The notes under the pieces: generated by a model
Told to the model about the DNA's origin: nothing
What the model saw: the letters and a program-made list of their open reading frames with translations, nothing else
Databases searched by the model: none
In this document: piece by piece, positions 40,127 through 52,912 of the stretch
How the letters are laid out: each line of letters opens with the position of its first letter
Position numbering within the stretch: the first letter of the stretch is position 1
Assembly: GCA_964016885.1 (NCBI GenBank)
Contig: OZ024740.1
Coordinates: 195,796,001-195,860,000 of the forward strand
Direction: 5' to 3'
Length of the DNA: 64,000 bases
Origin: Eledone cirrhosa
Taxonomy: Eukaryota
Translations under genes and position numbers: made by a program

Positions 40127-40261
40127 AATATGGTTTTATAAATATAGTTTCCATTTGTTAATATCGTATTTTTACTCCAAATATTTGTTGAGTGCTTTAT
40201 ATCAGTTATAAAAATATTTGCTTGTTGTATCCCAACAATTTAAATATATATATATATATAT

Positions 40262-40600
40262 ATCATCATCATCATCATTTTACGTCCGCTTTTCCCTGCT
40301 TGCAAGGGTGGGACAGGAACTGATTCTGGCTTGATTTCTACAGCTGGATGCCCTTCCTAACACCAACCTCATTTACAGTGAGTGCTGGGTGCTTTTTTGC
40401 CGTGGCACCTCCACGACCACTTTGCAGTGGAATGATATCGACCCCAGTCCCTATCATCTCATTTCTACAGCTGAGTAAACTGGAGTAATGTGAAATAAAG
40501 TGTCTTGCTCAAGGAAACAACACATCACCCGGTCTGAGAATTGAACTCATAACCTTTCGATTGCAAGGCCAATGCTCTAACCACTAAGCCATGTGCCTCC
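40262..40600 (-). mobile_element. Young tRNA-head SINE with RTE-derived 3' tail (family 2)
   Basis: A box TGGCTTAGTGG, B box GAGTTCAATTC, CCTTGAGCAAGACACTT core; tail matches the RTE-B 3'UTR and ends in (GAT)n. Confidence 0.9.
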
Positions 40601-40636
40601 ACATGTCAATATTTATTATAAAACTGATCTATATTA

Positions 40637-40701
40637 TATTTTATCTGATGAAAGCGCACCATAATTTAACTTGGTGTCCTTGAAATATGTATAATGAAAT
40701 A
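40637..40701 (+). ncRNA. Third copy of the 40062 hammerhead, inside a direct repeat (40603-40739) of the palindrome arm
   Basis: Identical except A>G in stem II (A-U to G-U); predicted cleavage after 40693. Confidence 0.78.
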
Positions 40702-40993
40702 AATATGGTTTTATAAATATAGTTTCCATTTGTTAATATATCGTATATAAATATATATATATATATATATAAATATAAAAGAGAAAACACAGGTAAGCAT
40801 TAAGAGAAGGATTTTATCCAGGTATTTACTATATATATAAATATATATATATATATCGTTTCTGAATTTGTTTAGCAACTGGTGCGTGTGTTTCTTATTG
40901 GCAACATGACCCTCCCAAAGTATAACAATATATATATATAAATATATATATACACATATATACACACACACACATATATATATATATACACAG

Positions 40994-41063
<70 letters not shown>

Positions 41064-41176
41064 GACTCCAGTTCCTCAGTGAAATAACAACCCAACAAGG
41101 AACTGGGCATATCAGAGTATTGACAATATTATACACCTAAACAACATATGTACTTGTCTATACCATACTAATTCAA

Positions 41177-41231
41177 ACTGCCTGAAGAGGTCACACCCAA
41201 AGATGGCTGTCACTGAAATATATATAGCAGT
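41177..41231 (+). ncRNA. Minimal type-I hammerhead ribozyme motif, different family
   Basis: ACUGC-CUGAAGA-26-nt stem II hairpin-GAAA-UAUAUA-UA-GCAGU, followed immediately by AATAAA. Confidence 0.72.
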
Positions 41232-41275
41232 AATAAACGAAGCTAAATTTTAATCATTTGACTTTTATTTAACTT

Positions 41276-41335
<60 letters not shown>

Positions 41336-41362
41336 ATGCTTTGTGAGGGTCATGTTGCCAAT

Positions 41363-41672
41363 AATACTCAAATATAACTTGTGATTGGAAACTGAACTTC
41401 TTACTTCAGCTATATTGCTGAGAAAAGAAATGCATTGTGTGTAACTTATATATATATAGAGAGAGAGGTTGGTGTTAGGAAGGGCATCCAGCTGTAGAAA
41501 TCAAGCCAGAATCAGTTCCCGTTCCACCCTTGCAAGCAGGGAAAAGCGGACGTAAAATGAAATGATGAAAATGAAAAGATGATATAAAAGTTACACACAA
41601 TGCATTTCTTTCTCAGCAATGTAGCTGAAGTAAGAAGTTCAGTTTCTAATCACAAGTTATATTTGAGTATTA
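41363..41672. repeat. ~88-bp inverted repeat enclosing a SINE-2 tail fragment
   Basis: 41363-41447 is the reverse complement of ~41588-41672. Confidence 0.85.
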
Positions 41673-41679
41673 TATTTAT

Positions 41680-42960
41680 TCACAATTGTATAAATAGCAT
41701 TACAAATTATTTATAATTCTTACAGAATGGAAATACATACAAATAATATATACAATACTTAATAAATATATCAGATTAAATAGAAGAAAAAAAAGGAGAG
41801 GAAGCAAAAACGAAAACGACAATCAATTCGGCCACACATTATAAGGGTCAACGGAATATTTTGAGGCAAGCGAACACGCAACATTACTACGGGTGATGGC
41901 GAGGCTAAGGCGCTGAAAAAACCAGGCACTCTGTTGGGCATCACCTGACACCCCAGTAAGGCGAGCCGCCAGCGATGGCTAAAACTTCGCTGTCATTGGC
42001 CCAACTCCACCAAACGTCTCGAACGCCACAGGCTGGAAAAAATAATTATTAGATAAATCCAGGTATTTCCGAATTTTATTCCGTTTGGTATCAGAAGCAG
42101 TGGCCCTCACATTTACCGCGGCATCCATGATGTGGGAAGGAGCAAAAGAGTCACTGTGGTGTCCCAGATGAGACGTCTACCTTTTACCCAGGGACAAAGG
42201 GTAACGCCGTCTGGTCTTTTCCCATCACTTCTAGATAATCCAGCTGGCTCCAAAACTGAAGGGATATTTACCCGAGCTAGGGCTCGTTTAATGATCAGGT
42301 TGCTCGGTGTGGCGGGTGAAACGACCAGTATTCAGGCGGCAGGACAAATCTTGTAGGCCTGTGGAGTCGAGGGACCTACCATAGTGACATCTCAGACCCC
42401 CACAGGCATCGGCTCTCACTCGAAGTCTAGTGGTGATGCGGAGCTCGTCCTGACTGAGAAGACCACCAATGTTGGCCAAAGACAGGGCATCAATCCAGTC
42501 CCCCGAGAAGTTTACGCCTGCAGAAAGTAAGCGGCAGCTAGAAAATTGATCAGAATGAGTTAAAAGTTTCACTTGAACGCAGATTGTCCCATACTCTCTG
42601 CTTCCGTCTATCTTCATCAGGAACGGACACTGACATACCTAGCTCTCTCCACTGTAGTAAAGCTTCATCTATCTCCCTGTTGGAACTAGTCCATGCTGGA
42701 AAGGAGAGGATGTCACCCACTAAAGAGGAGCAAGCGTGGATGGAGGAAAGAAAGCAAGGTAGAAACAAAGATGTGCAAACCAAGACCCCCAAACTGTTTG
42801 GGCAAGGCAGCTTGATCTCGAGGTCTCTGGAGAGAGTTGGACATTGACCAGACTCTCGAGCTCACTGAATACTAGGTCATCAAAGCGTTGGAGAGACGAC
42901 GAGAATTTGTAAGAGGGGCTAACTCTGAGGAAATACAACTTAGGGATTGACAAATAATTC
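41680..42960 (-). mobile_element. 5'-truncated CRE-clade non-LTR retrotransposon (zinc knuckle, restriction-like endonuclease, 3'UTR), disrupted
   Basis: LEPAGLSRSDGKRPDGVTLCPWVKGRRLIWDTTV, FQPVAFETFGGVG, WFFQRLSLAITRSN. Confidence 0.85.
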
Positions 42961-43420
42961 CTAAGTATTAAAAAAAACCTTGTAAATAGTTATTTCTCCA
43001 AAGTTACTCATACATTTAATCCTATATGTAATTTGTTCATATATGGCGAGGCATTATAACAATAATGCTGCTTCGTTCGTCTCTGGGTCAAAAACATAAA
43101 CACACCTTTTTTCTTCTCTGTTTTTTGTTTGCTTGTTTCCTTAAAGTTTACCATCATTCCGTTGGTATACGTCTATTACGCAATTTACACACGAAGATGT
43201 CACCGTGTTCTTACGCAACCTGGCCACTGAAATGTGCATAGTGTATGCAGAAATAAATAATTAAGAAAATTCAACACATTTGGCCTCCTATCATTTCAAC
43301 ATGATTCAACATCAAAGATGGATGAGTTGTATAAGCCGAGTGCTTTTCTCATATTACGTCATGATTAACATTGCAGAATGAGCAATTCTACCCAGTGGTG
43401 AACCACCAAATTTAAACGTA

Positions 43421-43452
<32 letters not shown>

Positions 43453-44939
43453 AGTGTGTGTATAAGTACCGGGTTCAATCGGGGGTAACCACAGTTAGTA
43501 AGGTACTCAATACATTAGTAGAGTGTACACATCAATGGCTTCTTCGGGACTAGAACTGTTTCATTCAAAAGAAATCATCTTCATGTTATGCCTTTGTCAA
43601 AGATGCAGCAAAACACCTGTAGCAGATCGTATTTGAAGTCAGGACATCACTAGCTAATTTTGTCTTTACGTAGTAAATAAAAAAACAAACAAATACTTAG
43701 ATGAACGAAAGATGTTCATAGTGAAGTGATAAAATGACAACTTGTTACACTGTCACGATGTCACTTTTATAAAGGAGAAATAGAAAGTTGTAATGCAAAT
43801 AGTTTCCCCCAAGGATACGAGCTGTTGATGAAATCGTCGCGTGCTCACCCCCACCCCCGGATACAAGTGAAAAGGAATCGAAATAATGAATGAATGAGAG
43901 GTATACGCACTATTAATTATTATTATTAGTAGTAGTAGATTATAGAAATGTTATAGTATCGGGCTAAATGCAGTAATTAAGTCTCATCTCTTCAACCCCT
44001 GAAGTTGATGAAATATTTTCTTATAATATATGTTACATCAAGGCGGTTGACTCTCCTACAAAATCGGTCGTTTTCTGCTAATAAAAAAAATCAAACAAAG
44101 GATAAAAGAGCAAAAAAAAAAGAAGAAAAAAAAACAAATCGAAGATTAAATCCTGCGAAGTATGGTTGATATTAAGGGAAATAACGAAATAAAGAGTGAC
44201 TAGAAACCAAACATTTAAGTAGGTAAGTGGTTAATTATTAGGAGACAGCTGATAAACGAAATCATAATTATAATTATAACAAAAACGACTATAACTGCTA
44301 AGATAAATGAATGGCAAAAGATTAAAGTCGTAACTGTCATAGAGAGAGAAAAGGAGAAATTATTTAACCGTATAAAAATTAAAAATCTAATAAGGTGTCT
44401 ATAGTATTAGGGTCTAGGCAACGAGTACCCGACCTGCTATCATCTTATTACTTGCTGATATGCACTAAGGTTCGATGACTCGTCAAGGTTTATGCCCACA
44501 TAAACTAATATATATATATATACTCGTTCGAAGCTGATGAATCGCTAGTCGCTACTCCGAGTTTCTCGCCCTTGTGTGTTCGGTAAGGCGACAATGTACT
44601 TTTTCTAGATTTGTACACCGAGACACACACACCTATATATATACAGGCTGTTCCCCCAAATTCTAATAAAAGTGTGTACATTTTTAAGGGACATATATAT
44701 ATGTGAATGCGTGTATAATATATATAATATAAATATCGTGACTACGTAAATGTACATTTCTTTAGTGTTAGAGTTGTCATATTTTGATTCTCTTTATGTC
44801 CCAATCAATCTACTATAACTTCATTATATTTTTGTCTTGTATTTCTCATTTGTTTTGTCGCTCTGTCTTTTTCTTTACCTATCTATCCAGCACTTGATCT
44901 TTCTGCTGCTTCTGCTATCATCTCCTCCAACCTTCCTCA

Positions 44940-45913
44940 TTGCAAAGCACCGCTCACTGTTGTCTCCCAGTGACGTCACAATAAAAATGGCTTCTACCCT
45001 TTCTACATGTTGTTATTTCTCTCCGTAACAAGGTAGCAAGGTAGGGAGTCAGGCGCTTCTAAGGTCAGCGGAGAGTGACCAAGAAAAAAATATATCTTCC
45101 AAACAATAAGGAGCTAAGTTTATTGGTGAGAAGATGGGAGTTTGCTTACCACTAGCCATCAATCGGTGAACCACACGCTACGAACTACTGCTATTAGTAG
45201 TAAGACGAATTATCTCGCACTCACTAATTTTACACGCGAATCGCTACTAGTAGTTTCGACAGAACTGCAACAAAACCCATATATATTTTTTTACGCTTTT
45301 TCATGTCTGCTTATGTATATATAGGACAACACTGCTTTTATGTTTTAATATAACATAGATATATTTATAAGCGTAATAACGATAACAAGCAAAATAATCA
45401 AAATATCTCCGAAAATAATCTCTGTGTCACAACCTTCATCGGATGGGTTTTACCCTGTTCTTGCCAAGCATACCCTAATAGTTTATCTTTTTTTTTTACT
45501 TGTAGCTGTTGTTGCTTGACCTTCCCACTCCGTTACAAGCTAGCTATCTGCTTAAACAAAAGAATAACTTATTATTAGTTGAATATTTATGTTTACTCTT
45601 TTTTCTTTCTTATCCCCTATTCTGTCCACATTTGAAACATCTAGTTCCTCTTTGTTCAGTTCATTACTAATATTTATATTTAAAAAAAATAGAAGAGAAA
45701 AAGAACACACCGAGATCCATTGTATTGGAATAAATTTATTCCAACCATACATTAAGTGGAGAGAAACGAAATAATGCGAGTCTGTCGGATTTATATGTAA
45801 AAATACATGTTTCTTACATGAGGACTTGATCATCCTTACTCAGTAAATCTATAAAAGCGTACAAGCAAGTGTTGTCTTGTGTTCAATCACTGGAAACAAC
45901 CCTAAATGTAAGT
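44940..45913 (+). promoter_or_regulatory. Candidate promoter and non-coding first exon
   Basis: Perfect CRE/ATF site TGACGTCA (44971-44978) next to YY1-like AAAATGGC (44984-44991) in TE-poor, CpG-retaining unique sequence; donor GTAAGT at 45908. Confidence 0.4.
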
Positions 45914-48900
45914 GTATCCGATTTTCTTCCTCTTCTACTATTTTTGCATGTGTTTGTTTAAATATACATTATTATTCAGTTTTTGATGTTGTCTTTTTAA
46001 ATATATCATAGTAAAAATCATCAGCTGCTCTTTAAATCTATTGCATTTGATTTTGTAGTGTCGAACATGAAAAAATTTAAAATATATTTATATGAAGTAA
46101 AGAGCTTCATATATCTTTTTAAAAAATCAATCTATTATTATACTATTGGTTGTTGATTTTGATATAGTAGTCACGTATTAGTAACTACAATATATCATTC
46201 TCATCATTTATTGCCTAATATCTATTTCATTTCAAATGTTTCTCTAGCTATAAAGTTCGTTTGACTCCCCCCTCTCCTCTTTTTCTCTCGCATACACACA
46301 CACGAGACCCCGAAAATGTTAGTGTTGATAATTTGTTAATTTATTATCACTATTCTAGTGAAACATCAATTCATTCCACGAAATAAATTACTAATGCAAA
46401 TGAAACTTGAAACCTATTTTATCTGAAATAACGCTTTCAAAAGCGAAAGTCTATTTCATTTAACAGGTTTCTTTCCGCTAACCATCTTGTAGTTCCAAAT
46501 ATTGCCACAATTATTCTTGACATTCCATTTATACAGTAATAGTACATGACTTTAGTTATTGCTGTTAACAAAAAATCAGTAAACGATTCAATGTATTAGA
46601 GCTAGCATCTGCCTTTAACATAATTTCTTCCACATATTAATTATAACGAGCACTGATCATATCTGTATTATCTATATTGATTTAATGTCATCACAGGGGA
46701 TTCTTATTTTTCGATCTAATCCTTCGTTTATCTCTCAGCTACTTGTTACATTTATCGATGATGGAATGGAAATTACACGTATAGTTATTTATTTTTCGGA
46801 TTTCAGTGCTTTTTTCTTTCTAATTTTTATCTGTCTATTACATATTTTATTTGTTTGATTAAAGAAATAAATTGTTCCTTTATTTTCTGAAACAAATTCC
46901 TCCACATTTATCACCCATTATAGTTTGTTTGACAAACTAGGGTAGCTGCTTTGATCATAAGATCACAAGATAAGCTTTGTTGGTTTATTTTTAACGTTAT
47001 CATCAACGATTCTCTCTGTTACGTATATCAATACTAATTAATTAATAAGACTCAAGCCAGGTTTTTAAAATATTTATTTTCATTAAATTCCTCAATCATT
47101 TCATTTTAGGCAATAAAAATCAATATCCATTCTCGTATATTTTTTCTGGAATTTCAAAACAGACTACGTTCCTGATAAAAAGAAAATCAATTTCGATTGC
47201 GTTGTATGTTAGATACTTTTAACAAAATAGCTTGCAATTTATTTATTTATTTATTCCATCCCAATATTCATATATCTATCCATTCAGTTATTGTACTTAG
47301 TAGCCTTCTTCGAAACTATCAACACATTTTCATAAATGTATTTATTTTTGTTTTGATATGTTCTTGTTGCTGTATTGTAATTTGGTCGAAACAGGTGCTT
47401 TGGACAGTCTTTTTCTATTTTCTTGACAGAACGATCGATTGCTATTTCAGAATTGGTTTATGCCAAAATGGCTGAATTTCTTTGATAGTATTCAATGTAT
47501 GTATAGACACGCACACATACATACATATCATTAATACATGTGCACTTGCATATATAAGTGTTTTTAATAGACATTATATGTATTACATATGCTTATGTAT
47601 ACACACATATATATCCACACAGTCATGTATGCACACACACACTTATAATTATGTACTACAGAATACATCTAATAGATTTTTTGCAACATTGTATAAGATA
47701 GATGTTTATATACAATTTAGTGGACAAAACATGAGGGATCAGCCGATTAGTTGGGATTTTCTCAGTGATTAAGTACCTTTTTTAACTGCCCATAAAGCCA
47801 GTGCTTATAAATCAACTATTACTAAGGGTTTAACTGAACTGTATAGACGAATTTATAATGCATCCCTTGCAGCTAATTCAATTAATAAATTATTGGTGTT
47901 ATAACAGCATTTTGTTTCGATTTTCTCATGCCCCCTCCCTCTCCCTCTGTATGTGTGTGTATATATATATATATATATACACACACAAATATGTACATAT
48001 ATTATATATATTTATACGTGTGTGTGTATATATATAATGCACACATAATTTCAAGAATACTGAGAATGCGTATGTGTGGATAAATTATGAATAACTTCAT
48101 GTTTATCTATGTTTGACAAGTATATATTCAGCTTCACTATCTAATTAAACCCCAGAGATCTCTGCAAGATAAACAAGAGAATGGGTAGACTAGTTTCGGT
48201 TAGTTATCATCATTTCATCAAAGGGGACCTCATGTGTTTATCCTACAAAGAGAGAAGACAAGTTAAAAGCTTCATACAAAACATTACAAACTGCTAGTTT
48301 TACTCATTTGCATATCATTGCATTCATTGGCAACATATATAATATAAAATAATCATAAGGCTTATTTACATAGTGACTCATGCATATATCAAACATGCAT
48401 ACACTTTTACTGGCTTCAGCCATGGCTATGACCATGCTGGAACCTCACGACATTAATGTATGAGAACTTATTAAAATTTATCGATAAATATATGTATATT
48501 TATAATAGACTCATTGATGAGTAGTATAGTTGCTCAAAACCTTTATGAGCTATAAATGATCCTATTTACCAATACACAACTACAATGGGCTCTATATGCT
48601 TCTAAAAATGTATGGAATAAGGCCCCCTTCAGTCATGGCTGCCAATATATTTGCACTTGGGAAGTTCCTCTGCAAGGTGCTGCCTGGGCAAAGAATTTTT
48701 GTGCAAGACCAGCAGCTGCCCATATATATAAAGAAAAGGTAAAGTTGACTATGGCGAGTTTCAGCTCAGATTGTATTTTTAAGAAACATGCATATTAGCT
48801 TCACTGTGAATAATAGATTCATATGGATGAGCCACAAGTTCTCTCCATGGTCAGAAAACAAAATTCTAGAAACTAATTAATACTTTGCCAATGCTTGCAA

Positions 48901-51900
48901 ATTAAACAAACCATCTTAATTCTGTCAGAGTTTACGTATATTATAAGTAATTATAGTTATGAGCTAATATTTTATTGGTGGTGAGAGAGTGAGTAATCTC
49001 TGCTGATGCAGTAATAAATATTGAAACTAGTCAGACCAATCTCTTATTCTGCTCATACAGAGAAAAATTTGTGCTTATTCATGGTGTCTACCTTTCACAG
49101 AGAGATGAAAATGTGGGCTTATTAAAAACTATAAGTTTACATTTCTAATTATTGTATCATTGTATAGTACTCCTATATTATATATATATAACAAAGAGGG
49201 TGTGGTAAGATACCAGGTGGACCATAACGCACCAGAGTACTCAATACTTGGGGTAATAGAGTTCGGATCTAGCTGTCGAAACGGCTGGAGCTCAGCCGTC
49301 AGGGTCCTGAATCTTTTCATATATAATCATGTTTAATATAGAAATGGTTTCTACAGGACTAGAACTGTTTCATTCAAAAGAAATCATCAGGAAAGCCAAC
49401 TTTCATTGTAAAACGGTTGTATTGAGTACCTTACTGTGGTTACCCTGATTGAACCCGGGACTCACATACACACATATGTGTAGACATTTTTCAGTACACA
49501 ATTTCACATCAAGAATATTTTGATACAAATATAAGAAATCTCAGGGCCAGACTTACACTTGCTGGGTTAAGCTATATGAAATTTGAAGCCCTTCTCTAAA
49601 AAAATTTTGGTAAAACATTTTAAATAATTATACATGATTATTATTTATTAATGATTACAAAATTGGTTACAAAATGTTCCTTTTAACTAATTCATCAATT
49701 TATTCCATTTGCCACATAGAAAAATAAAAATGTATTTTTAAAATTGAAGCTCTGAGGGTGTGTGGCCCTAAGCTATAGCTTATTTAGCTTATAGGTAAGT
49801 CTAACACTGATGGGTGTGTGAAGGTAGGTGGTGTAGGGGTCAAGTTGCCTGGCTCACAGCCATAAGATTAAGAGTTTGGTTCTAAACAGCATGTCCTTGA
49901 GCAAACATTTTATTTCATGTTGCTCCAATCCACTTAACTGGAATAAATGAGTTGTACTTGTATTACTGAATCTCCCTGAGAATTACATTAACGATAAATG
50001 TATCTGTAGAATACTCAGCTACTTTGCTATTTAATTTCACAAGCAAACTTTCATTTATCAAACTAGAACACTTGTCATTGGAGCCAACAGAGGTGCAATT
50101 ATACTCTGATAAAATACACCCAGTGCACCATGTAAGATGTTTGGCATTAAGAATGCTCTTGAACTCTTGTCCATCCCATGTCAGCACAGAAAAACTTATA
50201 ATGATATGTGTATATTCATTTGATGTTTTGAATGAAACAAAATAAAGCATACAAATTCACACACAGCATCCACTTTTCCATGCTTGGCATGGGTTCAACA
50301 ACACACACACACCTATATATATATAAAATTTCGGAGGCCATATTTAGTTGATTCAGGTTTATTTAAAACTCCATTATACATATTTCACTGAGGACTATTG
50401 GTTATGATAGCCTAAGCTTTTCAGACGGTGAAACCTAAAATATATAGATATATATATATACACACACACACGTGTATATATATGCAGGGAAAAGCGGACG
50501 TAAAATGATGATGATGATATATATATATATCTATATGTGGCTGGGAGAAAGGAATACTCAATACCGAAGTAGAGTTTTAATATTCATTTATATTAGGCTA
50601 AAAAGTCAGTTTTGTTACTCTGGAGTTCTGCCTACATGTACACGTGTGTGTCTAATTATTTTGTTCAAGTTAACTACTTTTCTATTACTTAAAGATCAGC
50701 ACCAGAGAAGTATTCACCAGATGGCATAGAACAAAGAAATTATATAATTTTCATATAATGTCATATTTGCCTGTTGAGAAATTTAATTCTGTTTCCTATG
50801 AAAAGAATAAATTATGTAAAAAAATCTTCTAAATGTCATCTAATATGTAGAATGTGTAATTTATAAGGTTGGTCTGACATGGTTACTCAACCATCCTACT
50901 AAATATAATACTTAATTCAACCTTATGTTGATATGGTCAGTATGAAACGGTATATAATTATCTTGGGCTTTTGGTCTGCCAGTTCTCATAATATGCTACT
51001 GAATTCTGCCTGTGAAGTTTCAATGTATGATTTCATCCTTTTAATTGTTCAAACTAGCAACCATCCTTTGCCTCCTGGGAAGAATATGAATATTTCTTTT
51101 CTTAGCAGCTAGATGAGACCATTCCTTTAGTGATGTGGGAGGGATGTTACAACACTCCTTAATATAAAAGCCTTTTTGTTTTAGAAGTAGAATGTATAAT
51201 TGAGCTACTGTTTCCCAATTACTACTCTATATAATAAAAGAAAAAAATTTATTTTCTTCTCTGTGTCTGTTTGAAGTAAAGTGACTGCTCTTTGAGTCAC
51301 ATTGATTTTAATAATGATTTACGAAAGAAAAAAATTATCTTTTGTCATAATTTGGTAATTCTTTTCATTAAAGCTACAAAGAAAAGTATGGATTTATAAT
51401 TAACTATTAATTATTATGTGCCCATGTCAGAAACAATCATATTTTTTGCAGAATCATTAGAGTGTTGGATAAAATGAATTTTGTGGTATTTGTTCCAGCT
51501 CTTTATATTCTAATTTTCAAATTCCTCAAGCTCAACTTTGCTTTTTACTTTTCCCTAAAATAAAGTGTATCCCCCATCCCTATCATTTATATTTCTGGCT
51601 TTGTATGTATCTTAAAAATTATTATTAGGTAGGGAGGAGTCGATCAACAAAATATCACATCCCATTCACTTACTCAGTGGAGAGATCTCATCAAATCAGT
51701 CTGAGGGAACAATGTTTCCATTAGTCTTTCCATTGCTGATACTATCTACTGGTTGCAACTCCTGGCAGGAGCAACATAAAATAAAGTGTCTCGCTCAAGA
51801 ATATAATGTATCGTCTGGTCCAGGAATCGAATTTGCAACCTCACGATTGCAAATCTAATTCTATAACCATTAAACCACCCATATTATTATTAGTGTTGGA

Positions 51901-52684
51901 GTTAATATAAATGGTAAAGCACTTAGCTTTTCAAGTATAAAATTTGACTTCTCAAAGCCTTTGTGAGTAGATAAAATAAGTAGCTGTGTAATGTTTCTAG
52001 AAAGGTGGCAGTAAACTAGTGGAATCACTTTCAGAGCTGGGTGGGATACCTTGTATTTGTTTCAGCTTTTTGTATCCTGAGTTTAAATTCTGCTATGGCC
52101 TATCTTCTACCATGGTAGGAATTGGAGCCCCACCATCTATATGCTCAAAGTTAACCACAGATTACATCAAAGTCAATATCAAGGTTGATCAACTGAGGCT
52201 TGCAATATCCAGAAATACTATGTGGTTCTTCAGTATGTTATTGAATACTTGAATACTATGTCAGCATTGATCAAGTTGATCTATGATGAAAAGCACTCCA
52301 ACTATGACCATACTATCTTTTCATGCATATTATATCTAGGTTTTTATTTAATGTGTTTCTTTTTTATGATATTCCTAGCAGGGTGAAGAGTTATGCATAG
52401 GCTCCCTCAATATAAGCAAATGTGGTGAGCCTTGTCAAGTATATGTGGTACCATGTCAGCTACTAGGATTGAAGCAAGCAGCTCTGTTAAATAGGCATGT
52501 GGGGCAATAAAACAAGAGCAAGTAATATAATTGTTTCTACTTTAGGCACAAGGCCAGCATTACTGGTTCTTTATTTTATCAACCCCGTAAAGATGAAAGG
52601 CAAAGTCAATACTTCCTTCCTAACTAAACTTTTATTCATAGCCAAAAGAAGTTTGTAGTAGTAGCAGCAGCAGCAGTTGACTGC

Positions 52685-52715
<31 letters not shown>

Positions 52716-52823
52716 ATTCTGACCTTGTTACAATTATTTAGAGATTGGGGAGATAATTGACAACTTATCACATTTTGGGCTTCTAATCACTAAAAACAAA
52801 CTGACTGCTTTTTACTTGTGTAG

Positions 52824-52912
52824 GATTGAAGGTATAAATAAATGTTATTAATACATCCTAGAGTTACTGACTCTGCTTTCTCCATTTACAAAAAGAACCA
52901 AAAAAAACGAAA
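52824..52912 (+). other. Candidate short exon of the putative plus-strand gene
   Basis: ttttacttgtgtag| acceptor and AA|gtatgt donor; no recognisable protein. Confidence 0.25.

Larger units (their letters stand above)
39731..40170. repeat. ~440-bp palindrome (centre 39931-39940) with a 29-nt asymmetric insert and a hammerhead on each arm
   Basis: Arms are near-exact reverse complements; extra segment 39988-40016 is in the right arm only. Confidence 0.93.

Noticed and set aside
44530-44606. Hammerhead candidate GAAG-CUGAUGA...CAAU-GUAC-UU-UUUC
   Set aside because: The GAAA box is missing (CAAU); at best a dead relic.
50380-50445. CUGAGGA followed by a short hairpin
   Set aside because: No GAAA directly after stem II and no consistent stem I or III.
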